The notes: generated by a model from the letters alone, not told the origin. Positions 1 through 9,512 are shown, counted from the stretch's first letter. The stretch: DNA of 64,000 nt from Bacteroidota bacterium (GCA_025359805.1 JANYDU010000012.1:3689-67688); one strand, 5' to 3'. Numbers and translations are program-made.

Positions 1-17
1 TTGTTAGCTTAAAAAAA

Positions 18-46
18 TTCCCGCAGATTTCGCAGATAAGCGCAGA
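18..46. repeat. Left arm of imperfect inverted repeat (3x CGCAGA) flanking the GxxExxY gene
   Basis: TTCCCGCAGATTTCGCAGATAAGCGCAGA; CGCAGA at 22, 31, 41; matches reverse complement of 439-467 at 22/29 positions, outer 11 bp perfect. Confidence 0.85.
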
Positions 47-60
47 AGAAAAAAGTTATT

Positions 61-438
61 ATTACAGAAAATGATCTTTCATATATTATTCGTGGGGCTA
101 TCTTCAAAGTGTATAATCAAATTAGTCCGGGTTTGTTAGAATCGGTTTATGTTGCTGCTTTGGTTCATGAGTTGAGAAAAGAGAACCTTCATGTGAATGT
201 AGAAGTTCCGGTTCCTGTTGTTTATGATAATGTAAAGCTTGAGCTTGGTTTCAGAATAGATATTTTAGTGAATGATTTGGTTGTTATAGAAGTAAAGTCT
301 GTTGAGAATCTTGCCGAAGTTCATCACAAGCAGGTAATCACCTATTTAAAAATTTATAACAAAAAGCTGGGCATACTTGTTAACTTTAATACGGATAACA
401 TTACAAATAGTATTTACAGGAAAGTGAATCATTTATAA
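61..438 (+). CDS. GxxExxY protein (PD-(D/E)XK-like, PDDEXK_3)
   Basis: GLLESVY motif, RIDILV...IEVK nuclease-like motif, GILVNF. Family-like N-terminus ITENDLSYIIRGAIFKV extends to ATT at 61; first canonical start is GTG 109, so the start is uncertain. Confidence 0.85.
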   Translation: MTENDLSYIIRGAIFKVYNQISPGLLESVYVAALVHELRKENLHVNVEVPVPVVYDNVKLELGFRIDILVNDLVVIEVKSVENLAEVHHKQVITYLKIYNKKLGILVNFNTDNITNSIYRKVNHL

Positions 439-467
439 TCTGCGAAAATTAGCGGTATCTGCGGGAA
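439..467. repeat. Right arm of inverted repeat flanking the GxxExxY gene
   Basis: TCTGCGAAAATTAGCGGTATCTGCGGGAA begins immediately after the stop codon and mirrors 18-46. Confidence 0.85.
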
Positions 468-479
468 ACAAAATAACTA

Positions 480-995
480 ATGGAAGACAACACAACACCC
501 ATACAAAATAAAATAGCCAATAGCGGACTTATCACTATTGATTTGGAAGAGTTGTATCATAAAGGCGAACGCATTTTATTTGATATAAAAGACCAGCTTT
601 TTAGGGGAATGATTTTGAGAGAAAAAGATTTTCGGGAGTTTGTAAAGTTGCATGATTGGAGTCAATACCAAAATAAAAATATTGCTTTTGTTTGCTCTGC
701 CGATGCCATCATTCCAACTTGGGCATATATGCTTTTAGCGGTAAGTGTGGAGCCATTTGCAAACCGATATGTATTTGGTGATTTGCAGATTTTAGAAACC
801 ATTTTATTTAATGATGCCCTTCAAAAAATAAATGCTGAGGAGTATAAAGATGTGAGGGTTATAATTAAAGGTTGTAGCGATGTGCATGTTCCAGTAAGTG
901 CTTATGTAGAGATTACGCATAAACTTTCTCCGTATGTAAAAAGTATTATGTATGGCGAGGCTTGCAGCAATGTTCCTATCTGGAAAAGAAAATAA
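480..995 (+). CDS. DUF2480 family protein
   Basis: NKIANSGLITIDLE, ADAIIPTWAYML, SIMYGEACSNVP motifs typical of this Bacteroidota family. Confidence 0.85.
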   Translation: MEDNTTPIQNKIANSGLITIDLEELYHKGERILFDIKDQLFRGMILREKDFREFVKLHDWSQYQNKNIAFVCSADAIIPTWAYMLLAVSVEPFANRYVFGDLQILETILFNDALQKINAEEYKDVRVIIKGCSDVHVPVSAYVEITHKLSPYVKSIMYGEACSNVPIWKRK

Positions 996-996
996 C

Positions 997-2076
997 TTAC
1001 GAATTAAACGCGCTAAAATTTCCATAAAAAGCTCCTCCAATATTATCAAGTTTTGCATGAGTTACACTACTTAAGCAATTTACTTTATTGGTTATTCTAA
1101 GCACACCTAAAAAAGCAAAAATTAATGCTTCTTTAAACTGTACAATATTTTTTTCGGGAATAATAATTTCAGCAGCAATTTTATTTTTGATAAGATGAAT
1201 GAGATATTTATTAAATGCGCCACCACCTGTTATTAATATTTTTTTTGATAGAGAATGATTTATAATTTGAGAAATTTGTTCGGCAATATGTGCTGTAAAA
1301 GTGGCCAATAAATCGCTATCGGAAACGGCAGCATAATTTTTAACAATGGGCCAAAAATGGTCATTCACCCATTCTTTTCCAAGAGATTTTGCTTGATACT
1401 TTTTATAGAAATCAAGGGCATTTAATTTCGATAATAACTCATCGTTTACTTTTCCGCTTGCCGCAATTTTTCCTTCGTCATCAAAGGGTAAATTCATCCA
1501 ATTACAAACATGATTTAAAATGGTATTGCAAGGGCAAATATCAAATGCGAATAGTTCATTGGTTTGGGTATAACTGATATTTGCAAAACCACCTAAATTT
1601 AAGCAAGCATCAAATTCGCCAAACAATTCTCTATCACCAATTGGAACGAGCGGAGCCCCTTGTCCACCAAGAGCCACATCAACGGTTCTAAAATCATAAA
1701 CTACTGGCAAATTTGTTTCAGCATATATGGATGCGCCATTGCCAATTTGTGCAGTAAATCCATTTTGGGGTTGATGAAAAATGGTATGTCCGTGAGAAGA
1801 AATAAGATCAATTTTTAAATCATATTTTTTTATAAAATCATTCACTATTTGCCCTAAATATTTGCCATAAAAAAAATCTGTTTTGGGGTACAAGAAAATG
1901 GGTTGTTCTTGCAAATTTGTTAAACGCGTAATCCAAACTTCAGGATAAGGAATGGTTTCAGCTTCAATAATTTTGAAGCTCCAGTTGTTGTTTTCATTTA
2001 TAAATTCACAATAAGCTACATCAACACCATCCATTGATGAGCCACTCATTAATCCAATTACTTTGTAAGGTTTCAT
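997..2076 (-). CDS. anmK: Anhydro-N-acetylmuramic acid kinase
   Basis: GLMSGSSMDGVD, SHGHTIFHQP, GGQGAPLVP, NLGGFAN, TGGGAFN, KEALIFA. Confidence 0.95.
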   Translation of the reverse strand: MKPYKVIGLMSGSSMDGVDVAYCEFINENNNWSFKIIEAETIPYPEVWITRLTNLQEQPIFLYPKTDFFYGKYLGQIVNDFIKKYDLKIDLISSHGHTIFHQPQNGFTAQIGNGASIYAETNLPVVYDFRTVDVALGGQGAPLVPIGDRELFGEFDACLNLGGFANISYTQTNELFAFDICPCNTILNHVCNWMNLPFDDEGKIAASGKVNDELLSKLNALDFYKKYQAKSLGKEWVNDHFWPIVKNYAAVSDSDLLATFTAHIAEQISQIINHSLSKKILITGGGAFNKYLIHLIKNKIAAEIIIPEKNIVQFKEALIFAFLGVLRITNKVNCLSSVTHAKLDNIGGAFYGNFSAFNS

Positions 2077-2149
2077 GTTAAGGTTTAATAAACGAAATTA
2101 TGATTTACGATTAAACTATTTACTCAATTTTTTGCATCTTTGATTTTGT

Positions 2150-3577
2150 ATGAAGAAAATATTTTTTGCCGTTATTTTTATTTGTTTCGTCCATTCATCA
2201 CAAGCTGGAAATGAATATGCAATTTTGTGCGGGCATGTTAAACATTTTCACACCAATAAAATAAGTGTGGTTATTTATAAAGATGCAACATCTGGTTTGG
2301 AGTTTGAATATCCTGCCATTATTAATCCCGATGGATACTTTAAAGTATTTGCCGTTATGGAGGTTCCGGTTACTGGTTATATAAAATTGGGCGAGCAATA
2401 CGCACCTTTATATTTGGAACCTGATGATAGTTTATTTATCACCATAGATGAAGATAAATTTAATGAATCGATAAAGTTTTCAGGAAAAGGATCGGGTAAT
2501 TTAAATATGTATAATCGGTTTTTTTATCTCACGCAATTTTTATCTTTTAAAAATTCCGCATCAACCCAAAAACGAAGATTAAGCGATGCAACGGAAGATG
2601 AAATATTTTTTGTTGAAGATAGTTTATTGTTGGCAAGCAATAAAATAATAGATAGTTTAAAAAAAGTATATGAGCCCGGTTCTGAATTTTTATCGTACAT
2701 GAAAAACGAGATTTATTACAAAAATGCAGAACAAGTTATTTCATTTCCATTGATGAAAAAATACCTGACCAAACAAACATCAAAACCAAATTATTCAAAA
2801 CGATTTACAGATTATGTAGCCGCTAAAAACACCAATGATGGAGAGCTTTCACGACACCCTGACTATATTAAATTTTTAAATGCAGTACTCAATTATTATT
2901 TGATTGTTGCCACTTCAGAAAACGAACAGTTAACCAGCGAAAAAGTATATCAACTCAAATACAAATTGATTAGAGAAAAATTTATTTCAACAAGAATTCA
3001 AATTGCATTAATGGGTGCTGTGGTAAGTGAAGCCATTGAATACGGAGATGCTGCAGTTGTAAAAAACATGTATGATGAATTTATAAAAATAACTGCTGAT
3101 GTTTTTTTGGCAGATGCGCTTAAAGATAAAATGAAACAAGCAAATGCTTCGAAAGAAGGTGAATTTGCCCCAGATTTTACGCTAAGCGATGAGAATGGAA
3201 AAAAGATTTCACTTAGCAGTTTAAAAGGCAAGTTGGTTTATATTGATGTTTGGGCAACTTGGTGCTTGCCTTGTATGAAAGAACTTCCATATAGTATGGA
3301 GATGCAGAAAAAATTTGCAAACAAAAAGGACATCGTTTTTATGTATGTATCCATTGATGATGAACAAACAAAATGGAAGAATACCATTAAAGAAAAACAG
3401 TTAACAGGATTGCATTTAATTTCACCAGGACGAACATCTGAGATCACAAAACTGTATGCTATTACCAGTATTCCAAGATATATTTTTATTGGAAAAGACG
3501 GAAAAATTATTGAAGCAAATGCACCACAACCAAGTGAAAAAGAAACGGAGGAAATGATTAATTATTTTTTGAAATAA
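2150..3577 (+). CDS. Exported TlpA/redoxin-family thiol-disulfide oxidoreductase
   Basis: Signal peptide; C-terminal APDFTL...DVWATWCLPC (CxxC)...SIPRY thioredoxin fold. Confidence 0.9.
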   Translation: MKKIFFAVIFICFVHSSQAGNEYAILCGHVKHFHTNKISVVIYKDATSGLEFEYPAIINPDGYFKVFAVMEVPVTGYIKLGEQYAPLYLEPDDSLFITIDEDKFNESIKFSGKGSGNLNMYNRFFYLTQFLSFKNSASTQKRRLSDATEDEIFFVEDSLLLASNKIIDSLKKVYEPGSEFLSYMKNEIYYKNAEQVISFPLMKKYLTKQTSKPNYSKRFTDYVAAKNTNDGELSRHPDYIKFLNAVLNYYLIVATSENEQLTSEKVYQLKYKLIREKFISTRIQIALMGAVVSEAIEYGDAAVVKNMYDEFIKITADVFLADALKDKMKQANASKEGEFAPDFTLSDENGKKISLSSLKGKLVYIDVWATWCLPCMKELPYSMEMQKKFANKKDIVFMYVSIDDEQTKWKNTIKEKQLTGLHLISPGRTSEITKLYAITSIPRYIFIGKDGKIIEANAPQPSEKETEEMINYFLK

Positions 3578-3586
3578 CATAAAACC

Positions 3587-4867
3587 ATGAAACCAAACAG
3601 ACGAAATTTTATCAAACAAACAGCTGGAACGTTGCTTGCAGGAATTGCCATGAGTGATTTTCTTCTCGCTGAAAATACGACTCTTATTTCATCACAAGGA
3701 AAAAAAATAGTAGCTGATGATGAAAAATTTTGGAGCATGGTTCGTCAGCAATTTCCACTTACAAAAGATGTAGCATACCTAAATAATGGAACCATGGGGC
3801 CTTCACCATATCCAGTAATTGAAGCCGTGCGCAAGGGAATGATGGATGGAGACCAGTTTGGAAATTATGGAGGGTGGGAAGCCTCTCAAAAAAAATTAGC
3901 CAATTTTGTTGGCGCTAATGAGGATGAAATTGCACTTACACATAATGTTACCGATGGAATAAATATTGCGTGTTGGGGTTTGCCTTTACAAAAAGGAGAT
4001 GAAGTAATTATGACCACACATGAGCATGTTGGAAATGCTTTTCCTTGGCTCAATAGGCAAAAATTAGACGGCATAGTTTTAAAAACTTTTACACCCGCAT
4101 CTACTGCTGCCGAAACATTAAATAGAATTTCATCCCTCATTAACAAAAAAACACGAGCCATAGCAGTGCCACATATTCCGTGCACACAAGGACAAATTTT
4201 ACCGGCAAAAGAAATTTCAAAACTTGGAAAAGAAAAAGGATTATTTGTTTTTATTGACGGAGCTCATGGGCCAGGAATGTTATTATTAGATATACATGAT
4301 ATTGGTTGTGATATGTATGCAAGTTGCTGCCACAAGTGGATGTTGGGTCCTAAAGGAACAGGATTTTTATATGTAAAAAAAGATTTCCAAAATACATTAC
4401 AAACGTATTTTGTTGGCGGAGGAAGTGATAATGCAAAATGGAATATGGCTACAAACCCTGTTCAGATGGGCGATTACGCAAGCTCAGCACACAGGTATTA
4501 TGGAGGCACACAATCAGCAGGATTGTATAAAGGTGTGGATGCCTCCATTGATTTTATAGAAAATATTGGCATGCAAAATATTCACGATAGAATAAAAATG
4601 TTGGGAGGATATGTGCAACAAAAATTATTAGAATTTGGTGATAAAATAGAATTGATTACCCCTATTGAAGAACAATCAAGGTGTGCTGTAAACGGTTTTA
4701 GAATTAAAGGTATAGAGTATGATAAATTTTATGCAAAAGCATCCGAAAATAAAATTAGAATTAGAATGGTTCCCGAAAATGGATTAAACTCTTTGCGCAT
4801 TTCCACACATATTTATAATACAAAAAGCGAAGTGGATAAATTGATAGACTTGATTGGAAAAGTTTAA
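3587..4867 (+). CDS. Tat-exported class V PLP-dependent enzyme (C-S lyase / isopenicillin N epimerase-like)
   Basis: RRNFIK twin-arginine signal; YLNNGTMGP, DGAHGPG, SCCHKWMLGPKGTG, LRISTHIYN. Confidence 0.85.
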   Translation: MKPNRRNFIKQTAGTLLAGIAMSDFLLAENTTLISSQGKKIVADDEKFWSMVRQQFPLTKDVAYLNNGTMGPSPYPVIEAVRKGMMDGDQFGNYGGWEASQKKLANFVGANEDEIALTHNVTDGINIACWGLPLQKGDEVIMTTHEHVGNAFPWLNRQKLDGIVLKTFTPASTAAETLNRISSLINKKTRAIAVPHIPCTQGQILPAKEISKLGKEKGLFVFIDGAHGPGMLLLDIHDIGCDMYASCCHKWMLGPKGTGFLYVKKDFQNTLQTYFVGGGSDNAKWNMATNPVQMGDYASSAHRYYGGTQSAGLYKGVDASIDFIENIGMQNIHDRIKMLGGYVQQKLLEFGDKIELITPIEEQSRCAVNGFRIKGIEYDKFYAKASENKIRIRMVPENGLNSLRISTHIYNTKSEVDKLIDLIGKV

Positions 4868-4899
4868 AATTACCAATCATTTTTATAGCCCTATTCATC

Positions 4900-4987
4900 T
4901 TCACCCATAAATTTATACACTTTACCGACCTCTTTTTAGGTATGACCATAATTGGATTTGCTTCTATTAAATTTGAGCATACGTTTG
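4900..4987 (+). promoter_or_regulatory. Bacteroidota promoter with upstream 21-bp-phased repeats (candidate LytTR operator)
   Basis: -33 TTTG 4957-4960 and -7 TACGTTTG 4980-4987 (19 nt apart); TTCACC 4900, TTTACC 4921, ATGACC 4942. Confidence 0.6.
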
Positions 4988-5008
4988 TATCATCAAATAA
5001 CTTTAAAG

Positions 5009-5776
5009 ATGGAAGTGATGGATAATAACAACGAACAAAATGGTTCTCATAGATGGAATCATAAACATAGCAGAAGTGGCAGAGTAATGGGAGGCATTGT
5101 GATTATTTGCGTGGGTGCTGCATTGCTTGCAAAACAAATGGGTGTGCTTATTCCCGAATGGATTTTTACATGGGAAATGCTTCTTATTGTAGTAGGGTTT
5201 TATATTGGAGCGAAACATAATTTTACCAGAGGAGGTTGGTTTGTTCCTATCATTATCGGCTCTCTTTTTTTATTAGATGATGTTTTTCCTGATATGAGCA
5301 TCGGACCTTTATTTTGGCCTATATTTATTATTGTAATAGGCTTAATTATGATTTTTAAACCGAGGAGTAATAAATGGAAAAATAATTGGAAAGAAAATTG
5401 TGCCCCATATTCAAAAGATAAAAGTGTAAATGAAGATGTGATTGATTCGGTTTCGATTTTTGGAGGGATTAAAAAAAATATTATCTCAAAAGATTTTAAA
5501 GGAGGAACCATCACTTGCATATTTGGTGGAGCAGAAATTAATTTAAGTCAGGCTGATATTATTGGACGTGTAGAATTGGAAATGACACAAGTATTTGGCG
5601 GCACAAAATTAATTGTTCCAGCTCATTGGAATATTCAAACAGAAATGATGGTGGCAGTGCTTGGTGGTATTGAGGATAAAAGACCAGTTCAAAAAGATTT
5701 TGTGGGTGATATAAATAAAGTATTAGTGATAAAAGGGTCATCTGTTTTTGGCGGAATTGAAATAAAAAGTTATTAA
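5009..5776 (+). CDS. LiaF-like membrane protein (N-terminal 4 TM, C-terminal DUF2154-like domain)
   Basis: Four hydrophobic segments then repeated IFGG/VFGG motifs; start moved to ATG 5009, downstream of the promoter. Confidence 0.85.
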   Translation: MEVMDNNNEQNGSHRWNHKHSRSGRVMGGIVIICVGAALLAKQMGVLIPEWIFTWEMLLIVVGFYIGAKHNFTRGGWFVPIIIGSLFLLDDVFPDMSIGPLFWPIFIIVIGLIMIFKPRSNKWKNNWKENCAPYSKDKSVNEDVIDSVSIFGGIKKNIISKDFKGGTITCIFGGAEINLSQADIIGRVELEMTQVFGGTKLIVPAHWNIQTEMMVAVLGGIEDKRPVQKDFVGDINKVLVIKGSSVFGGIEIKSY

Positions 5777-5828
5777 ATAATAGGTTAACATACAAAAATG
5801 TAAAAGCACACAAAATATATACTTGACT

Positions 5829-6182
5829 ATGAACTGGTACTTGATAAAAATGGTTTTCAATATTAATGTTGGTGAGCAAGTAAGCAACCCACAATTTGAT
5901 GAACAAGTAAGATTAATTGAAGCACGAAACGAAGAAGAGGCATTTATAAAAGCACGCATGATTGGTGTGCGTGAAGAAGATTCCTTTGAGAATGATTCAC
6001 AAAATGGAGTGGCGTGGAAATTTATTGATATATCTGAACTCACACTTATAAAAGAATTTACAGATGGAATGGAAATTTGTTCAAAAATTTCTGAACACGA
6101 TTATCCCGAAGGATACATCAATTTCATTTATCAAAAAGCGAAACAAATTGAACAACGGCTTTCATTAAATGTGGTTGCATGA
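5829..6182 (+). CDS. DUF4288 family protein
   Basis: MNWYLIKMVF...FDEQVRLIEA..EEAFIKA..IG..EE...WKFI; ATG at 5829. Confidence 0.75.
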   Translation: MNWYLIKMVFNINVGEQVSNPQFDEQVRLIEARNEEEAFIKARMIGVREEDSFENDSQNGVAWKFIDISELTLIKEFTDGMEICSKISEHDYPEGYINFIYQKAKQIEQRLSLNVVA

Positions 6183-7219
6183 TTACGTTTCAATCACTCA
6201 CATCTAAAAAAGCAATAGTTGCATACACAAGCTGGTGGGCATTTTGGGTATTTATTCATCTATATGTTTTGTTAGGTTTTAATATCGCATTTAAGGTTGC
6301 AGTCATTGATAGTTTATTAACTAATTTTACCATTTATTTTTTAGTTCTTTCCTTCTTTTATCTATTAAAATATTATCAACCTCAGCGCGAAAACATTTTT
6401 TATATGCGCATTTGGACTTTACTATTAGCTGTATTTGTAACGCTTTTTTTAAACTGGCTGTTTAAAAAAATATTTTATTCAAACACCCAATATCTTCAAT
6501 TTATTAGTCAAAGTTTTACGATTCGTTTTTGTTATCATTTTTTGATGATTTCTTTTATTTCATTAGTGATATGGGTTTGGAATTACTTAAAAGAAATACA
6601 AGAAGGTGATACCCGTAAAACCCAAGCCGAACAATTGGCTAAAGAAGCTGAGCTAAATAATATAAGGCAACAGTTACAACCACATTTTTTATTTAACAGT
6701 TTAAATTCTATTAGCGCATTGGCTGGATCAAGACCTGAGGAGGCAAGAAAAATGATTCAACAATTATCTGATTTTTTGAGAGGGACCATGCGTAAAGATG
6801 AACAGCAATTAATAAAACTGGAAGACGAATTAACACATCTTAAATTATATTTAGATATTGAAAAAGTTAGATTTGGGCATCGATTAAAAAATGAAATTTT
6901 GTGTGATGAAGAAAGTTTGTCGATGCTTTTACCAGCATTAATTTTACAGCCCGTTGTTGAAAATGCCATTAAGTTTGGCTTATATGATACAACAGATAAT
7001 ATTACCATTTCTGTATCATCAACAGTAGAAGAAAACCAATTGATTATTATTGTTAAAAACCCTTTCGACCCTCAAACATCAAGCCCTAAGCAGGGTGTTG
7101 GATTTGGCTTAAACTCCATTAACCGAAGATTATATTTATTATTTGCAAGGCAAGATTTATTGCAAACGCATTCCGAAAAAAATCAATTTATTACTACTAT
7201 AAAAATCCCACAAGTATGA
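6179..7219 (+). CDS. LytS/YehU-family sensor histidine kinase
   Basis: 4 TM segments; QLQPHFLFNSLNSI, LQPVVENAIKFG, GFGLNSI. Confidence 0.95.
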   Translation: MITFQSLTSKKAIVAYTSWWAFWVFIHLYVLLGFNIAFKVAVIDSLLTNFTIYFLVLSFFYLLKYYQPQRENIFYMRIWTLLLAVFVTLFLNWLFKKIFYSNTQYLQFISQSFTIRFCYHFLMISFISLVIWVWNYLKEIQEGDTRKTQAEQLAKEAELNNIRQQLQPHFLFNSLNSISALAGSRPEEARKMIQQLSDFLRGTMRKDEQQLIKLEDELTHLKLYLDIEKVRFGHRLKNEILCDEESLSMLLPALILQPVVENAIKFGLYDTTDNITISVSSTVEENQLIIIVKNPFDPQTSSPKQGVGFGLNSINRRLYLLFARQDLLQTHSEKNQFITTIKIPQV

Positions 7220-7959
7220 TAAAATGTGTAATTATAGATGACGAACCATTAGCAAGAGGAATTGTAAAAGAATACCTTGATGCGCTTCCTGATTTTGAAA
7301 TTATGCAGGAATGTAATGACGGATTTGAAGGGGTGAAAGCTATAATGCAACATCAACCAGATTTAATTTTTTTAGATATTCAAATGCCAAAAATTAGTGG
7401 TTTTGAAATGCTCGAACTATTAGAACAACAACCAGCAGTTATTTTTACCACTGCTTTTGATGAATACGCAATGAAGGCTTTTGATGCACATGCGATTGAT
7501 TATTTATTAAAACCATTTAGCAAAGAACGTTTTGATAAAGCGGTGCAAAAATGGAAAGATCAAAGGGGAAATTTAGACATAAAACAAAAAACAGATTCGA
7601 TGCTGGATATGGTGTCAAAACATCATGAAGAACATCAACGCGTGGTGGTAAAAACTGGAAGTAAAATTCGCATTATTCCAGTTCATGATGTTTTATATTT
7701 GGAAGCGGATGATGACTATGTGCGCATTCATACCATTGAGGGTTCGTTCTTAAAAAAGAAAACCATGCAACATTTTGAAGATACTTTATCTCCTTCACAA
7801 TTTGTAAGAGTGCACAGGTCATATATTATTCAAATTGCTCAAATCACTCGTATCGAATCAACAGATAAAGAGAATCATGTGGCAGTACTAAAAAATAATG
7901 AACGTATTCCATTAAGCAAAACAGGCTATCCCAAATTAAAAGCTGTTTTAGGATTATAA
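7216..7959 (+). CDS. LytTR-family response regulator
   Basis: IDDEPLA, FLDIQMP, FTTAFDEYA, DYLLKP receiver motifs; FVRVHRSYI LytTR motif; 4-nt overlap with the kinase. Confidence 0.95.
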   Translation: MIKCVIIDDEPLARGIVKEYLDALPDFEIMQECNDGFEGVKAIMQHQPDLIFLDIQMPKISGFEMLELLEQQPAVIFTTAFDEYAMKAFDAHAIDYLLKPFSKERFDKAVQKWKDQRGNLDIKQKTDSMLDMVSKHHEEHQRVVVKTGSKIRIIPVHDVLYLEADDDYVRIHTIEGSFLKKKTMQHFEDTLSPSQFVRVHRSYIIQIAQITRIESTDKENHVAVLKNNERIPLSKTGYPKLKAVLGL

Positions 7960-8030
7960 AAATTTAAAGGATAGATTTTTAAATTTGTGAGAACGCTGTT
8001 TACAAATTATATTTATAGCCATATTTAGCT

Positions 8031-8843
8031 ATGAATTTAATGCATCCTCAATCAAATAAAATCGCTCATCTTGCCTTAGCACAATTTTTTTCGTGGTGTA
8101 GTATTTATGAAAGATCATTTAGCACAAAAGTGTTAACTCAAAAAATGAATGAACTTGTTACGGATGATATTTCTCTCACAAATATTGACGGGACTATAAT
8201 CGGGAAAGAAAAGTTTTTGCAACGATTACTTATATTACATAAACTCCAAAATGCGCATCATATAAAAAATGTTAATCTAAAATTCAATAATGATAAAACT
8301 GTTTTAATTACTGCTGATGCCATGTATCAAAATGTATTGCCCGATTCTGTTTCAAATAGTTATTCGGTGAAATGGCATCATGAAATGATTTTCACAAACA
8401 ATTTTTTTCCTAAAATTAAATTATTGAGAGTAGAAACAGTTTCTATTATTGAGAACGAAATGTTTTTAAATAATTATGTTACTAATAGAACATTGGCTTT
8501 TATTCATTATTGGATATTTCTATTCAATCATAAAAAGGCAAGCCTGTATGAAGTTTTTTCCGATGAAACAAATTTTAATATTGATGGGTATGAGGGAATA
8601 AAATATTTTCATGATTTTATTTTATGGGTAGAAAAAAATAAAATACATGATGGAAATATGAATAATGCACCTAAAAATTTTCATGTATTTGAAAAGTATA
8701 ATGATGAAATATTTGCTTTTTTTGAATTGGAAATGGAAGCAAATGATGGAAATTTAATTCACACAAAACATGAATGGGTTTTATCAAATAATTCCGAAGA
8801 TAGGTTTCCCCAAATTATAAAAATGAGCATTGTAATTAGTTAA
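8031..8843 (+). CDS. Hypothetical protein, probably two tandem NTF2/SnoaL-like domains
   Basis: 270-aa ORF whose halves resemble each other (LAQFFSW/LAFIHYW; FPKIK/FPQII). Confidence 0.55.
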   Translation: MNLMHPQSNKIAHLALAQFFSWCSIYERSFSTKVLTQKMNELVTDDISLTNIDGTIIGKEKFLQRLLILHKLQNAHHIKNVNLKFNNDKTVLITADAMYQNVLPDSVSNSYSVKWHHEMIFTNNFFPKIKLLRVETVSIIENEMFLNNYVTNRTLAFIHYWIFLFNHKKASLYEVFSDETNFNIDGYEGIKYFHDFILWVEKNKIHDGNMNNAPKNFHVFEKYNDEIFAFFELEMEANDGNLIHTKHEWVLSNNSEDRFPQIIKMSIVIS

Positions 8844-8855
8844 ATTATTAATTGT

Positions 8856-9512
8856 TTAACTGATTGTTCTATTCATAAAATCAAGCATGGGTTGCATCGC
8901 TTTAAATACACCGCTACAATATTTTTCAAAATTTTTATCGGTGAGCTGTGCTTCATCAATTTTATGCCACATCAAAAAACTTTTATGTTTTAAAAATTCT
9001 ATTGCTGGATTTTCCGCATCATAACCTTTGGGCGGACGAGCTAATTTTTCACCTGATAAAGAGGTAAAATATTTTTTGAAATCTTTATGAGAAATTATCT
9101 TTTTGAACGCATCAAAATTATAATCAATCTCTTGCCTAATAGCTGTTAAATGTTCAGGCATTGGTGCGTAACTTCCTCCTGCAATAAAACATTCTCCGGG
9201 TTCAATATGCAAATAATAACCTGCTTTGCCAGAGTTTTTTCCACCGGCATTAAAACTCAACCCAAAATTATTTTTATAAGGCGATTTATCTTTTGAAAAT
9301 CGAATATCTCTATTAATCCTAAACATACATTGCTTAGCCTCAAGTCCAGCTATTGAAGAATCAAAAACCTGAATATGACCAATCATTTTTGTTACAAAAA
9401 CAACTACTTCTTTTCGTAATTCATCATATTCTTTTTTGTTTTTATCAAACCATTCTTTGCTATTGTTTTTTTTAAGTTTGGCTAAAAATTGAAGCGCATG
9501 TTTAAAGTCCAT
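8856..9512 (-). CDS. DUF2461 (TIGR02453) family protein
   Basis: NNSKEWF, FRINRDIRFSKDKSPYK, GYYLHIEPG, PPKGY. Confidence 0.92.
   Translation of the reverse strand: MDFKHALQFLAKLKKNNSKEWFDKNKKEYDELRKEVVVFVTKMIGHIQVFDSSIAGLEAKQCMFRINRDIRFSKDKSPYKNNFGLSFNAGGKNSGKAGYYLHIEPGECFIAGGSYAPMPEHLTAIRQEIDYNFDAFKKIISHKDFKKYFTSLSGEKLARPPKGYDAENPAIEFLKHKSFLMWHKIDEAQLTDKNFEKYCSGVFKAMQPMLDFMNRTIS

Noticed and set aside
4952..5008. Longer N-terminus for the LiaF-like ORF (similarly purL from 13485 and the methyltransferase from 9526)
   Set aside because: The extensions run through promoter-like motifs and lack family similarity.
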